Shown here: piece by piece, positions 39,918 through 50,227 of the stretch
How positions within the stretch are numbered: the first letter of the stretch is position 1
Layout: the number at the start of each line of letters is the position of its first letter
Assembly: GCA_958295725.1 (NCBI GenBank)
Contig: OY282368.1
Coordinates: 1,282,124-1,346,123, forward strand
Source: an uncultured Alphaproteobacteria bacterium
Lineage (GTDB): Bacteria > Pseudomonadota > Alphaproteobacteria > UBA2966
DNA length: 64,000 bases
Direction: 5' to 3'
Translations under genes and position numbers: made by a program
The notes under the pieces: generated by a model
Told to the model about the DNA's origin: nothing
Database searches by the model: none
Seen by the model: the letters and a program-made list of their open reading frames with translations, nothing else

Positions 39918-39961
39918 GCATATTCCCGGAGCGCCAACCCGGCGCGCGACGGATTTTGACC

Positions 39962-41350
39962 TGTCGAGAACATTTTGAGTTGACCGGATTATGTACCAAA
40001 TGGATTGACCGCTTCTGTTGGGGTTGTTGGCCCTGTGGGGAAGTGGTCAGGCGCGGGGCGGCTGTCCACTTGTCCACAGGGCGCCGGCGGGTTGCGTCGA
40101 AGCGGGTCACGCGGCCTTGCGGGTTTGGGTTTCGAGCGGGGTTCCGTCGGCTTGGTAGTGAGCGAGGCGCCTGGGTCCGTGGAAGACGGCGAGGGTGTCG
40201 TCGGGGTACTCGTGCACCCGGACCTTGACCTTGACGTAGTGGTGGCGATGTCGCCCGGCGGGGATCTGCAGGCTGCGTCCCTTGTAGCGCACGGTGTTGT
40301 CGCCTGACACGGTGCGGTCCTCCTGGACGCAGAGGATGTCTTCCAAGGCGCCGGCGAAGGGCACGAAGGCCGAACCCTCGGCCTCGGGCGGGGTCGCGAA
40401 GCGTCTGTTGTGGTCCGGCAGGTAGACCTCCTCGAGGAAGCGGTTGGCCTCGGCCATGTCGGTGATGCCGGCGAGCCTGAGTTCCTGGGGCAGGCGCTTC
40501 TGCACGGTGGCGAACATGCGCTCCGAGCGCCCCCTGGCCTCGGGCGAGTAGGCGGCGATGTGCTCGATGCCGAGTTGGTGAAGCGCGCGACCGACCTGGG
40601 TCGGAGTGTCCTTGTCCACCTTGCCGCCGGCCTCGGGGGTGCGCCAGTAGTGGCTGCCGCGGTCGGTGTAGAGCGAACAGAACAGTCCGCGCTCGCGGAT
40701 CACCTCGCGGAGCGCCCGGAAGCTCGACATGGTGCCCTCCTCGGTGACGAAGAAGGCCGAGTAGACCTCGCTGGTGGCGTCGTCCAGGGTGACGATCAGG
40801 TCCCACTCCCGACCGGGTGCCCACTCATGGCGCGAGCCGTCCTGATGCAGCATCATGCCGGGCAGTGCCCGGCGCGGCCGCTTGCGCCGGTGGGCGCCGC
40901 GCCGGGGCGCCGCGCGCCTGCGGCCATGAGCCTGCAAGGTCAGCCGAACCCAGTTGTAGCTGCGCTTGATGCCGTGCGCGGTGACCAGCTTCTCGTGAAA
41001 ATGCTTGGCGTTGAAGTCCCAGTAGCGGGTGTCGAACAACGCCAGAACCCGCGCCACCTCGTCCACGCCGGCGCGGCGCGCCGAGACCCGGCCCAGACGG
41101 CGGTCGTACAACCCCTCCGCCCCCTCCGCCTCGTAGCGGTCGCGCCAGCGCCGGAAGGTCCGTTCCGAAACACCCAGAACCTCCGCCGCCTCGCCTTGGC
41201 TCAACACACCCCGATGGGTGCGACCGTAAACCTCCTCGAACTTCATCAATCTCAGTCCCTGTCGCTGCTCCGTCCGACGCATCCAGTCCCTCCTTGGCCT
41301 GAATACGTTCTAAAACCGGACAGATCAGTTGGTACATAATCCGGTCATAT
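39962..41350 (-). mobile_element. Insertion sequence (ISNCY/IS481-like) with about 38-bp imperfect terminal inverted repeats
   Basis: IRL TGTCGAGAACATTTTGAGTTGACCGGATTATGTACCAA (39962..). IRR reverse complement GCTGTCGTTAACAGAGGATATGACCGGATTATGTACCAA (..41361). Flanked by the direct repeat GACGGATTTTGACC (39948-39961 and 41364-41377). Confidence 0.75.
40107..41282 (-). CDS. DDE transposase (rve/integrase-core; ISNCY/IS481-like)
   Basis: 391 aa. N-terminal HTH (LSQGEAAEVLGVSERTFRRWRDRYEAEG) and an integrase-core segment with a YTDRGSHY-type motif. Confidence 0.8.
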   Translation of the reverse strand: MRRTEQRQGLRLMKFEEVYGRTHRGVLSQGEAAEVLGVSERTFRRWRDRYEAEGAEGLYDRRLGRVSARRAGVDEVARVLALFDTRYWDFNAKHFHEKLVTAHGIKRSYNWVRLTLQAHGRRRAAPRRGAHRRKRPRRALPGMMLHQDGSRHEWAPGREWDLIVTLDDATSEVYSAFFVTEEGTMSSFRALREVIRERGLFCSLYTDRGSHYWRTPEAGGKVDKDTPTQVGRALHQLGIEHIAAYSPEARGRSERMFATVQKRLPQELRLAGITDMAEANRFLEEVYLPDHNRRFATPPEAEGSAFVPFAGALEDILCVQEDRTVSGDNTVRYKGRSLQIPAGRHRHHYVKVKVRVHEYPDDTLAVFHGPRRLAHYQADGTPLETQTRKAA

Positions 41351-41375
41351 CCTCTGTTAACGACAGCGACGGATT

Positions 41376-41405
41376 TTGACCTTGCGGCGTCGTTCGTGGT
41401 AGGAT
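41376..41405 (+). promoter_or_regulatory. Candidate sigma70-type promoter of SLP gene copy 1 (TTGACC-N18-TAGGAT)
   Basis: The same element with TAGGGT as the -10 is present at 56531-56560 upstream of copy 2. Its position just upstream of the 13-bp repeat tract would put the repeats in the 5' UTR. Confidence 0.3.
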
Positions 41406-41419
41406 AAGGTTGCGAACTT

Positions 41420-41549
41420 CACGGGGCCTCTTCACGGGGCCTCTTCACGGGGCCTCTTCACGGGGCCTCTTCACGGGGCCTCTTCACGGGGCCTCTTCAC
41501 GGGGCCTCTTCACGGGGCCTCTTCACGGGGCCTCTTCACGGGGCCTCTT
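41420..41549 (+). repeat. Simple sequence repeat (CACGGGGCCTCTT)x10 between the putative promoter and the RBS of the SLP gene
   Basis: Exactly 10 perfect 13-bp units. The RBS GGAGG lies 9 nt after the tract and the ATG is at 41573. Confidence 0.9.
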
Positions 41550-41572
41550 CAGGAAGCGGAGGTCCTGTTCCG

Positions 41573-42904
41573 ATGTTCTTCAGCAGTGCTCGTGGATTCG
41601 TCTTGTCGGCGGTGGCGTGCGCCCTCGTTCTCATTCTCTCCGGCTGCGGCGGCGGCGGGAGCAGCAGCGGCACCGCGCCTCCTCCGGGACGGTCGATGGC
41701 GCAACTCGATCCCGAGCCGACGCCGGCACCAACGCCAACGCCGGAGCCGACGCCGCCGGAGACGCTGAGTAATGCGCTGGCTGTTGAAACGATACAGCCG
41801 GGTGCCGTGCTGGGGATCGAGAAGGCCATCGGCGCCGAACCAAAGGCCAGCAGCAGCACGCTGTCTAGCATCACACAGTCTTCGAATACGGACGCTGATG
41901 GTGTCACGACCGACCAAGTGGAGATATTCGCGGAGTACGGAGCCACCACACCCCGTTTTTCGGTGACAAACGGAGCCGAATGGGCCATCGGCATGGATGA
42001 AGGAAATCCCATGGCGATACAGGGCTTCGACCAATCTTGGAAAGGTGCTCAGTTGATCAACACTCATCTCTCCCATATCTCCGGGGGCACCTTGTACGTC
42101 GATGCCTACACGAACATCGAGGCGCCGACGACGGAGAATGTGCCGGGACCTTCCCAAATAGTAAGGAGAGGTGATACAGTAGGCGGTGTCTTCTTTTCCA
42201 TACCGTCCTCCGGAACTCTGAACGGCGAAGATGGCGAGTTTGAGTGTGGCTCTTCTACATGTTCTTTCAACTACCGGCGGGACTTCTCCGGCCGCGGCCC
42301 CGTTACCGATATCTCAGGGACCGTCTTATTCACCCCAGCCTCTACAACGCGCACAGACACCGACTATCTGGCCGGTGGGGTCTGGCTGTTCGTTCCCGAC
42401 ACTGCGTCAAGCACCGACGACTACGTATTCGGCGTCTTTGCGCGCGGCGAGGATCCTTTCAATCAAGGGCGGATCATGGCTCTAACCGGCAGCGCGACGT
42501 ATATGGGGGGCGCCACCGGGAAATATTCGCAAAAGGATGGTAGTTCGACCACCATCGGATCCTTCGAGGCCGACGTTAGCCTGACGGCCAGCTTTGGTGC
42601 TGCCGACAGCCTTGGTACGATCAGCGGTACGATCACCGATTTCGAATTGGACGGTGAGGCGACCGCGGGCAGCTTGACCTTGGGAGAGGCCGCTATCGGC
42701 TCCGCCAACAGCGGCTTCTTCAAGGGTGCGGTGGGCGGCTCGGATGGCTCCCGCACATACGCTGGCAAGTGGGGTGGCCAGTTCTTCGGCAACGGGGCGG
42801 CCAGTACCGACCATCCGGGATCGGTTGCCGGGACGTTCGGCGCACAGTCCACGGACGAGGCTGTGAACTACATCGGCTTTTTCGGCGCGGACCGGGAGCA
42901 GTAA
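41573..42904 (+). CDS. Surface lipoprotein with TbpB/fHbp-like C-terminal beta-barrel (putative Slam/T11SS cargo), copy 1
   Basis: Lipobox LILSGC followed by a Gly/Ser/Pro-rich linker. Handle-domain-like motifs (ATYMGGATGKY, FEADVSLTASFG...LGTISGTI). C-terminal barrel signature YAGKWGGQFFGNGA...GSVAGTFGA...YIGFFGADREQ. Confidence 0.65.
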   Translation: MFFSSARGFVLSAVACALVLILSGCGGGGSSSGTAPPPGRSMAQLDPEPTPAPTPTPEPTPPETLSNALAVETIQPGAVLGIEKAIGAEPKASSSTLSSITQSSNTDADGVTTDQVEIFAEYGATTPRFSVTNGAEWAIGMDEGNPMAIQGFDQSWKGAQLINTHLSHISGGTLYVDAYTNIEAPTTENVPGPSQIVRRGDTVGGVFFSIPSSGTLNGEDGEFECGSSTCSFNYRRDFSGRGPVTDISGTVLFTPASTTRTDTDYLAGGVWLFVPDTASSTDDYVFGVFARGEDPFNQGRIMALTGSATYMGGATGKYSQKDGSSTTIGSFEADVSLTASFGAADSLGTISGTITDFELDGEATAGSLTLGEAAIGSANSGFFKGAVGGSDGSRTYAGKWGGQFFGNGAASTDHPGSVAGTFGAQSTDEAVNYIGFFGADREQ

Positions 42905-42971
42905 CGCGATATCCAATCTCGCAACCCCGAACGGGAGAAGGGCGGCCCCGCGGCTGCCCTTCTTTTTCTCC

Positions 42972-44327
42972 ATGATGACGATGAAGTGGATCTGCGCCCT
43001 CGCCGTCGCCGTTCTGGTCCACGCTTCGGCGCTCGCCGCTTCCGACCGTTCCCATCTGTCCTCCGACCCCCGGGTCAACGACGCCCGGACACTCATCGAA
43101 AGCGGCCGCTTCGCCGAGGCGCTGGACGTCCTGCGCCCGCTGGCGCCGGACCATCCGGACCGGACGGACGTCCTCTTCCTCCTCGGTCTGGCCGCCGTCG
43201 AGGCCTCCCGGCGGGCCGACACCGGGGAAGCGGAACGGACCGTCCTGCTCGACGAGGCCATCGCCGCGCTCCGCGCCATCCTGATCGATCGGCCGGGTCT
43301 CGTGCGCGTGCGCCTGGAGCTGGCGCGGGCGTTCTTCCTCAAGCGCGAGGACGACCTCTCGCGCGAGCATTTCGAGCGCGTGCTGGCCGGCGGGCCGTCG
43401 CCGGCGATGGTCGCCAACATCCGCCGTTATCTGGCGGAAATGCGGGAGCGCCGGCGTTGGAGCGCCTGGTTCGGCGCGGCGCTGGCGCCGGACAGCAATC
43501 TCAACACGGCCTCGGACTCGGACGTCATCTACATCCGCGGCCTGCCGTTCCGCCGCGGGGCGGACGCGGGCCCCCGCTCGGGGGTGGGCGCCATCCTCTG
43601 GACGGGCGGCGAATACCAGCACCCCCTCGGCCAGCGCCTGCGCCTGCGCGCGGGCGCCGACCTCGCTCGCCGGGAGTATGCCGGAAGCGGCTTCGATCGG
43701 ACCTTTCTGTCCGGGCACGTCGGGCCGCGCTGGCTGGCGGACGCGAAGACCGAGGCGAGCCTGCTCGCCAGCGCCCGGCGCAGCTGGAGAGCCGGGGCGC
43801 CGGAGAGCCATGACCTCGGCGCCCGTCTGGAGGGCGAGCGCCGCTTCTCCCGACGCGTGACGGCGAGCGCGCGAACCTCCCTGCACTGGCGCGAATACCG
43901 GAGCGACCGACGCCTCGACGGGCCGGTTTTCGATCTCTCCCTGGGCGCCGCATGGCTCGCGACGCCGACCGTGCGGTTCGACGCGACGCTCGGCTATGCG
44001 CGTGAACGTCCGGGGCGAACGGTCTGGCGCAATACCAGCCGATGGGCGCGGGCCGGTTTCTCCATGGCGCTGCCGCTGGGCTTCACCGTCGGCGTCGGCG
44101 GTGAGTTGCGCCGGACAAGGTACGAGGGCCGGTCGCCGTACACGCTCGGCGGCGCGTCCCGCGAGGACCGGGTCCGGGTGCTGCGGATCTCGACGTTCAA
44201 TCGGGTCTTCACCCTGTACGGATACAGTCCGCGGCTCGTGCTGGCGAACGAGGCGCGCGACTCCAACGCGCAATTGCACGACTACAAGCGCAATCGCGCC
44301 GAATTGCGATTCGTGCGGCAGTTCTAG
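42972..44327 (+). CDS. Slam (surface lipoprotein assembly modulator)/DUF560 outer-membrane protein, type XI secretion, copy 1
   Basis: Signal peptide. N-terminal TPR-like periplasmic region. DUF560 onset motif RWSAWFGAALAPDSNLN. An alternating beta-strand-rich C-terminal half ending in the aromatic residue (RFVRQF) typical of OM barrels. Confidence 0.7.
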   Translation: MMTMKWICALAVAVLVHASALAASDRSHLSSDPRVNDARTLIESGRFAEALDVLRPLAPDHPDRTDVLFLLGLAAVEASRRADTGEAERTVLLDEAIAALRAILIDRPGLVRVRLELARAFFLKREDDLSREHFERVLAGGPSPAMVANIRRYLAEMRERRRWSAWFGAALAPDSNLNTASDSDVIYIRGLPFRRGADAGPRSGVGAILWTGGEYQHPLGQRLRLRAGADLARREYAGSGFDRTFLSGHVGPRWLADAKTEASLLASARRSWRAGAPESHDLGARLEGERRFSRRVTASARTSLHWREYRSDRRLDGPVFDLSLGAAWLATPTVRFDATLGYARERPGRTVWRNTSRWARAGFSMALPLGFTVGVGGELRRTRYEGRSPYTLGGASREDRVRVLRISTFNRVFTLYGYSPRLVLANEARDSNAQLHDYKRNRAELRFVRQF

Positions 44328-44520
44328 GCTCAGGATTCATAACCGGACCTGCTCATCCGCACGACTCGTCCAGCGACGGGAGTGCCGATCATGGACTTCA
44401 TCGCCGTCGGGTCCATCCATACTCCCCCCTGAAAGGGGGAGGAGTGGCGCACCGGACATTGCCGTCTTGACGATTCCGGTGTCGCGCGGGTGGAATCGCC
44501 GTGGGGTCTCGCTCCCGGTC

Positions 44521-44555
44521 CCCGGCGTGGCGATCCGCACAATCCGCACACCGTC
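44521..44555. repeat. Solitary copy of the terminal variant of the 45-bp repeat unit
   Basis: CCCGGCGTGGCGATCCGCACAATCCGCACACCGTCGG. It matches the last unit of the array at 39424-39917, including the ...CCGTCGG ending. Confidence 0.85.
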
Positions 44556-44973
44556 GGACCCTGCGAGCGTTCCAGATAAAACCACTATATGTCGTATTTC
44601 CTGTGTCATGAATATCGATATATGGTATCGTCGAGGGGGTTATCGAAACGATCCTCGCCGAGTCGCGGGACTATGGCCCCCTCCCGACTTCCTCCCTGAC
44701 CAAGGGGGAGAAGTATGAACGGATCCGGCGGATGAACCCCGGCTCGGCACTCCACCGACCGCGCGGCCGACGAGTTCCCAACGTCCCGCATGTAGCGAAC
44801 CAGGACATGCAATGGACAAATACACCGAGTTGGTGCTATCGATCGGACGCTGAAGGGAAGGGAGGCCCGATAGTCCCGGAAATCGCGAATCCGGCGGCGG
44901 TCGTGCGAACCGCCGCCCGGGAACCCGAACCCGACGCCGGAACGTGGCTACCGAAGATTCAAGGAGTACCCTC

Positions 44974-45699
44974 ATGACGGAGACGACCACCCTCGCATCC
45001 CAGGCGGAGTCGCTGACGTCGCTGCTGGGGTTGTCCGACCCCCCGCTCGCCATCACGTTCTCGTCCGAGGCGCCGGACGGCGTGAAACGTTTCGACGCCG
45101 CGATGCCGGAGCCGACGCCGGACGGTCGGACGGGCCGGGTCGCCGCGAGCTGCGTGTTCTGGATCAAGGCTCGCGATCGGACATTCACGACGGTGGCGGA
45201 GGACCACGGCAATTGCAGCGTCGGTTCGCTGACCCACGGGTTCAAGACCTTGGAGGAGGCGGCGGCCGGCGCCGACGTAGCGGCGCTGGTCGAGTCGGAG
45301 TGGGTGACGCCCGACGTGTTCCCGCACATCCCGACGGTGAACGAGAAGCCCGGGTTCGTCACCTACGGCCCCCTCGCCGAATCCCCGGCCGCCCCGGACG
45401 TCGTGTTCCTCCGGCTGAACGGCAAGCAGGCCATGATGCTGCATGACGCCTGGCCCGACCTTCGCGTCGAGGGTAAGCCCCAGTGCCACATAATCCCCAT
45501 CGCCAAGGAGGGCGGCGAGGTCGCGGTGAGCGTCGGCTGCATGTTGAGCCGCGTTCGCACGGGCATGAGCAACAACGAGGTCACGTGCGCCATTCCGACG
45601 ACCAGGCTGGGCGAGCTCCTCGAGCGTCTCGAGACGGCGAACGCCGCCGACATGAAGGTGGCGGCCTACGCCGCGGCGGACGCCAAACGTTTCGCATAG
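44974..45699 (+). CDS. DUF169 (COG2043, ArCR-type) domain protein
   Basis: About 240 aa. Conserved Cys/His pattern (ASCVFW...HGNCSVG...CHIIPIA...VGCMLSR). RBS AAGGAG. Confidence 0.5.
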   Translation: MTETTTLASQAESLTSLLGLSDPPLAITFSSEAPDGVKRFDAAMPEPTPDGRTGRVAASCVFWIKARDRTFTTVAEDHGNCSVGSLTHGFKTLEEAAAGADVAALVESEWVTPDVFPHIPTVNEKPGFVTYGPLAESPAAPDVVFLRLNGKQAMMLHDAWPDLRVEGKPQCHIIPIAKEGGEVAVSVGCMLSRVRTGMSNNEVTCAIPTTRLGELLERLETANAADMKVAAYAAADAKRFA

Positions 45700-45791
45700 G
45701 GCCCGGGCCCGCCTTCGCCCCCCCTGGGAGCACGGAGCGGAAGCCGCGTCTCCGGAGCGTCCGTCGAGGCCGGAGAAGGGGGGGAGGCGCG

Positions 45792-46784
45792 ATGTCCGAC
45801 ACGATTCCCGTCATTGACGTCGCCGACTTCATGGCCGGCTCGGCGCGGGGATTGGAGGACGCCGCGCGTGGGGTGCGCGAGGCCCTGACGACGGTCGGCT
45901 TCTTCGTCCTCACGGGACACGGCGTGCCGTGGACGCGGATCGACAGGGCATTCGACGCCGCCGCGCGGCTGCACGCCTTGCCCATGTCCAGGAAGCTCGC
46001 CCTGAGGATGAACGAGCACAACAACGGGTACATGGCCCTGGGCCATTACGCGGTCTGGACGTCGGAGGTGAACGACAACGACCGGCCCGACCTGAACGAG
46101 GCTTTCTTCGTCCGGCGCGAACGGCCCGACGACGACCCCGTGTACGCGTCGGGACGGCGTTTCCTCGGGCCCAACCGATGGCCCGACGAGGACGACCTGC
46201 CGGGATTCCGCGCCGAGATCCTCGCCTACACGGGCACCCTCGAGGCGCTGGCGCGCCGCTTCCTGCCCGTCGCCGCCCGGGCTCTCGACCTCCGGCCGGA
46301 CTGGTTCGACGGGTTCTTCGCGGACGCCTACTACATCCTGCGCCTGTCCCATTATCCCCCGGTGGAGGCGGAGACCAACCAGTTCGGGATCGCGCCGCAC
46401 ACCGACGCCAATTTCCTGACATTCCTGCCGCTCGCCGACGTTCCCGGGCTCCAGGTGCGTATGCCCGGCGGCGAATGGAAGGACGTGCCCCGCGTTCCCG
46501 GCGCCTTCGCCGTGAATTCCGGCGACATCGTGAAGCGTTGGTCGAACGGGCGCTTCAGGTCGACCCCGCACCGGGCGCTGCCGCCGGTGGGCCGGGACCG
46601 CTACGCCCTGCCGTTCTTCTTCGGCCCGGACTGGGACGCGACCATCGAATGCCTGCCGGGTTGCGGCGGGCCGGACGATCCGCCGCGCTGGCCGGCGATC
46701 ACTTACGGCGAGTGGATGACGGGCTGGTACGACGCCAACTACGACCACAAGGTCCAGGAACGGGCGACCGCGCGCCGCCACTGA
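45792..46784 (+). CDS. 2-oxoglutarate/Fe(II)-dependent oxygenase (isopenicillin-N-synthase-like)
   Basis: HxD...H facial-triad context (APHTDANFLTFL ... RFRSTPHRA) and an N-terminal DIOX_N-like region (IPVIDVADF). Confidence 0.7.
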   Translation: MSDTIPVIDVADFMAGSARGLEDAARGVREALTTVGFFVLTGHGVPWTRIDRAFDAAARLHALPMSRKLALRMNEHNNGYMALGHYAVWTSEVNDNDRPDLNEAFFVRRERPDDDPVYASGRRFLGPNRWPDEDDLPGFRAEILAYTGTLEALARRFLPVAARALDLRPDWFDGFFADAYYILRLSHYPPVEAETNQFGIAPHTDANFLTFLPLADVPGLQVRMPGGEWKDVPRVPGAFAVNSGDIVKRWSNGRFRSTPHRALPPVGRDRYALPFFFGPDWDATIECLPGCGGPDDPPRWPAITYGEWMTGWYDANYDHKVQERATARRH

Positions 46785-46873
46785 GTTTCCGTTCCCGGCT
46801 CCGGCTCCCGGGTTCGTCCTTGCGGTTCCCGCGGCGCGCGGATTATCAAGATCGCCGACGGGAGGGACCGCGT

Positions 46874-47800
<927 letters not shown>

Positions 47801-47804
47801 ACCG

Positions 47805-49331
47805 GTGACGGACGCCACGGCGCCGCCTCCGTCCGCTCCCGGGCCGTTCCATGTGCGGGGCGCGCTGAAGGAGGCCGGCCTCGCGGCGTTCGTCATGCTC
47901 GGCCTGAGCCTCGCCCTGATCGGGGCGCGCATCGACGACGTGTCCGGTGGGTTGGCGGTCCGGTGGCGACCGTTCGACGTCCTCGCGGCCGTCGTCGTGG
48001 CGTTTCTCGGGCGGCTCGGTCTCGCGTTCCTGCGCGCCGGCCGTCCGGCGCCCGTGGCGCTGGCCTCGGGGCTGTCCTGCGCGGCGCTGGCGCCGTTGCT
48101 GGCAGTCTCGGCGACCGGCGGCGGTGCGGCGGACTGGGCGCGGACGGCGCTCCCGTTCAGCGGTTTCGCCGTCAACGTCCTCGTTCTCGTCGTCGTCGTC
48201 GTCCTGGCGTTGCGCGCCGGGCTGGCCTGGCGCTTCGGCGCACGGGCCGGCGCGAGAGCGAGAGCGGGCGCGCCCGGGGCGGAGACGATGGACCGGCTCG
48301 CGTCTGTGGCGCGGCGCGCCGCCGTCCACGCCGTTCCCGTCCTTCTCCTGGCGGCGGTGCTCTTCCCGTTCCTGCCCTTCGCCGACCGCCGCATCCTCGA
48401 CATCGCCATCCTCGTGGTCACCTACGTCATGCTCGGCTGGGGACTGAACATCGTGGTCGGGCTGGCCGGCCTCCTCGATCTGGGATACGTCGCCTTCTAC
48501 GCTGTCGGCGCCTACGCCTACGCCCTGCTGGCGACGGAAATGGGCCTCGGCTTCTGGCTCTGCCTGCCGTTCGCCGGCGTCATGGCGGCGCTGGCGGGCG
48601 TGCTTCTGGGGTTCCCGGTGCTGCGCCTGCGCGGCGACTATCTCGCCATCGTCACGCTCGGTTTCGGCGAGATGATCCGCATCGTCCTGCTGAACTGGTA
48701 CGAGGTCACGAACGGCCCGGACGGCATCTCCGGCATTCCGAAGCCCACGTTCTTCGGCCTCCCGTTCGTGCGCTCTCCGCCGGAGGGTACAGAGTCGTTC
48801 CACACCTTCTTCGGGCTGGCTTACGCGCCCATCGACCGGATCGTCTTCCTCTACTATGTGATCCTGGCGATGGCGCTGATCACCAACCAGTTCACGTTAC
48901 GGATCCGCAAGCTGCCCGTGGGCCGCGCCTGGGAGGCTCTGCGCGAGGACGAGACGGCCAGCCGGTCGCTCGGGATCAACCCCCGCAACACCAAGCTCAC
49001 GGCGTTCGGCATCGGCGCGATGTTCGCCGGTTTCGCGGGATCGTTCTTCGCGACGCGCCAGGGCTTCATCAGTCCGGAGAGCTTCGTATTCATCGAATCG
49101 GCGGTGATCCTGGCGATCGTCGTGCTCGGCGGCATGGGAAGCCAGGTCGGCGTGGTGCTCGCCGCCGTCCTGCTGATCGGCCTGCCCGAGATATTCCGGG
49201 ATCTCCAGGAATTCCGGATGCTGGCGTTCGGGGCCACCATGGTGTTGATCATGACCTGGCGGCCACGCGGGCTCCTGGCCCATCGCGAGCCCACGATCCG
49301 CCTGTCCGGGAAGGGAGCGGTCAGGCGATGA
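47805..49331 (+). CDS. livM: Branched-chain amino acid-type ABC permease (LivM-like), second operon
   Basis: 508 aa. Long N-terminal extension followed by the LivM core ([31 protein letters not shown]). Confidence 0.85.
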   Translation: MTDATAPPPSAPGPFHVRGALKEAGLAAFVMLGLSLALIGARIDDVSGGLAVRWRPFDVLAAVVVAFLGRLGLAFLRAGRPAPVALASGLSCAALAPLLAVSATGGGAADWARTALPFSGFAVNVLVLVVVVVLALRAGLAWRFGARAGARARAGAPGAETMDRLASVARRAAVHAVPVLLLAAVLFPFLPFADRRILDIAILVVTYVMLGWGLNIVVGLAGLLDLGYVAFYAVGAYAYALLATEMGLGFWLCLPFAGVMAALAGVLLGFPVLRLRGDYLAIVTLGFGEMIRIVLLNWYEVTNGPDGISGIPKPTFFGLPFVRSPPEGTESFHTFFGLAYAPIDRIVFLYYVILAMALITNQFTLRIRKLPVGRAWEALREDETASRSLGINPRNTKLTAFGIGAMFAGFAGSFFATRQGFISPESFVFIESAVILAIVVLGGMGSQVGVVLAAVLLIGLPEIFRDLQEFRMLAFGATMVLIMTWRPRGLLAHREPTIRLSGKGAVRR

Positions 49332-50227
49332 CGACGGCGCCCGATACCACGGAGCCGGCCCGGCCGTTCTCGCCGCCGCAGCGGCCGCTGCTCGACGTCG
49401 AGCACCTGACGATGCGGTTCGGTGGCCTCGTGGCCGTCGACGACGTCTCCTTCGCCGCCGCGCCGGGGGACATCACGGCGATCATCGGACCCAACGGGGC
49501 GGGCAAGACGACCGTGTTCAACTGCCTGACAGGCTTCTATCGGCCATCGGTCGGGCGCCTCGCGCTGCGCGGGAACGGGCGCGAGTACCTGCTCGAGCGC
49601 ATGGAGTGCCACGACATCGCCCGGGCCGGCATGGCGCGGACGTTCCAGAGCATCCGGCTGTTTCCGCGGATGTCCGCGTTCGAGAACCTCGTCGTCGCCC
49701 AGCACAACAAGCTGATGCGGGCGTCGGGGTACACGGTGTTCGGACTGCTGGGGACGCGGAGCTACGCGGAGGCGGAGGCCGGGGCCGTGGAGCTCGCCCG
49801 GTACTGGCTGGAGAAGATCGGGCTGGTGGACCGCGCGGACGACGACGCGGGCAACCTCGCCTACGGACAGCAGCGTCGGCTGGAAATCGCGCGGGCGATG
49901 TGCACGGAGCCGCTGCTCCTCTGCCTGGACGAGCCCGCAGCGGGCCTGAACCCGCGCGAGTCGGCGGAGCTGGAGGAACTCCTGCTCTTCGTCCGGGAAC
50001 GGCACGACGTCGGCATCCTGCTGATCGAACACGACATGAGCGTGGTCATGAAGATATCCGATCGCATCGTGGTCCTCGATCACGGGCGGAAGATCGCCGA
50101 CGGAACGCCGGCGGCGGTCCGCGGCGCCCCGGCCGTGATCCGCGCTTATCTCGGCGAGGCGGACGGCGCCGACACCGACACTCATACCCGCGCGGACACC
50201 CGCCGGGACGCGGGCATGGGCGCGTGA
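49328..50227 (+). CDS. livG: ABC ATP-binding protein (LivG-like), second operon
   Basis: ATGA overlap with the preceding gene. Walker [10 protein letters not shown]. Confidence 0.85.
   Translation: MTTAPDTTEPARPFSPPQRPLLDVEHLTMRFGGLVAVDDVSFAAAPGDITAIIGPNGAGKTTVFNCLTGFYRPSVGRLALRGNGREYLLERMECHDIARAGMARTFQSIRLFPRMSAFENLVVAQHNKLMRASGYTVFGLLGTRSYAEAEAGAVELARYWLEKIGLVDRADDDAGNLAYGQQRRLEIARAMCTEPLLLCLDEPAAGLNPRESAELEELLLFVRERHDVGILLIEHDMSVVMKISDRIVVLDHGRKIADGTPAAVRGAPAVIRAYLGEADGADTDTHTRADTRRDAGMGA

Noticed and set aside
44441-44466. Intrinsic terminator after Slam1 (ACTCCCCCC-TGAAA-GGGGGAGGAGT, repeated at 59679-59705)
   Set aside because: The hairpin is imperfect, lies about 110 nt past the stop and has no clear U-tract. 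It is noted as a shared structured element of the duplicated 3' flank but not called as a terminator.
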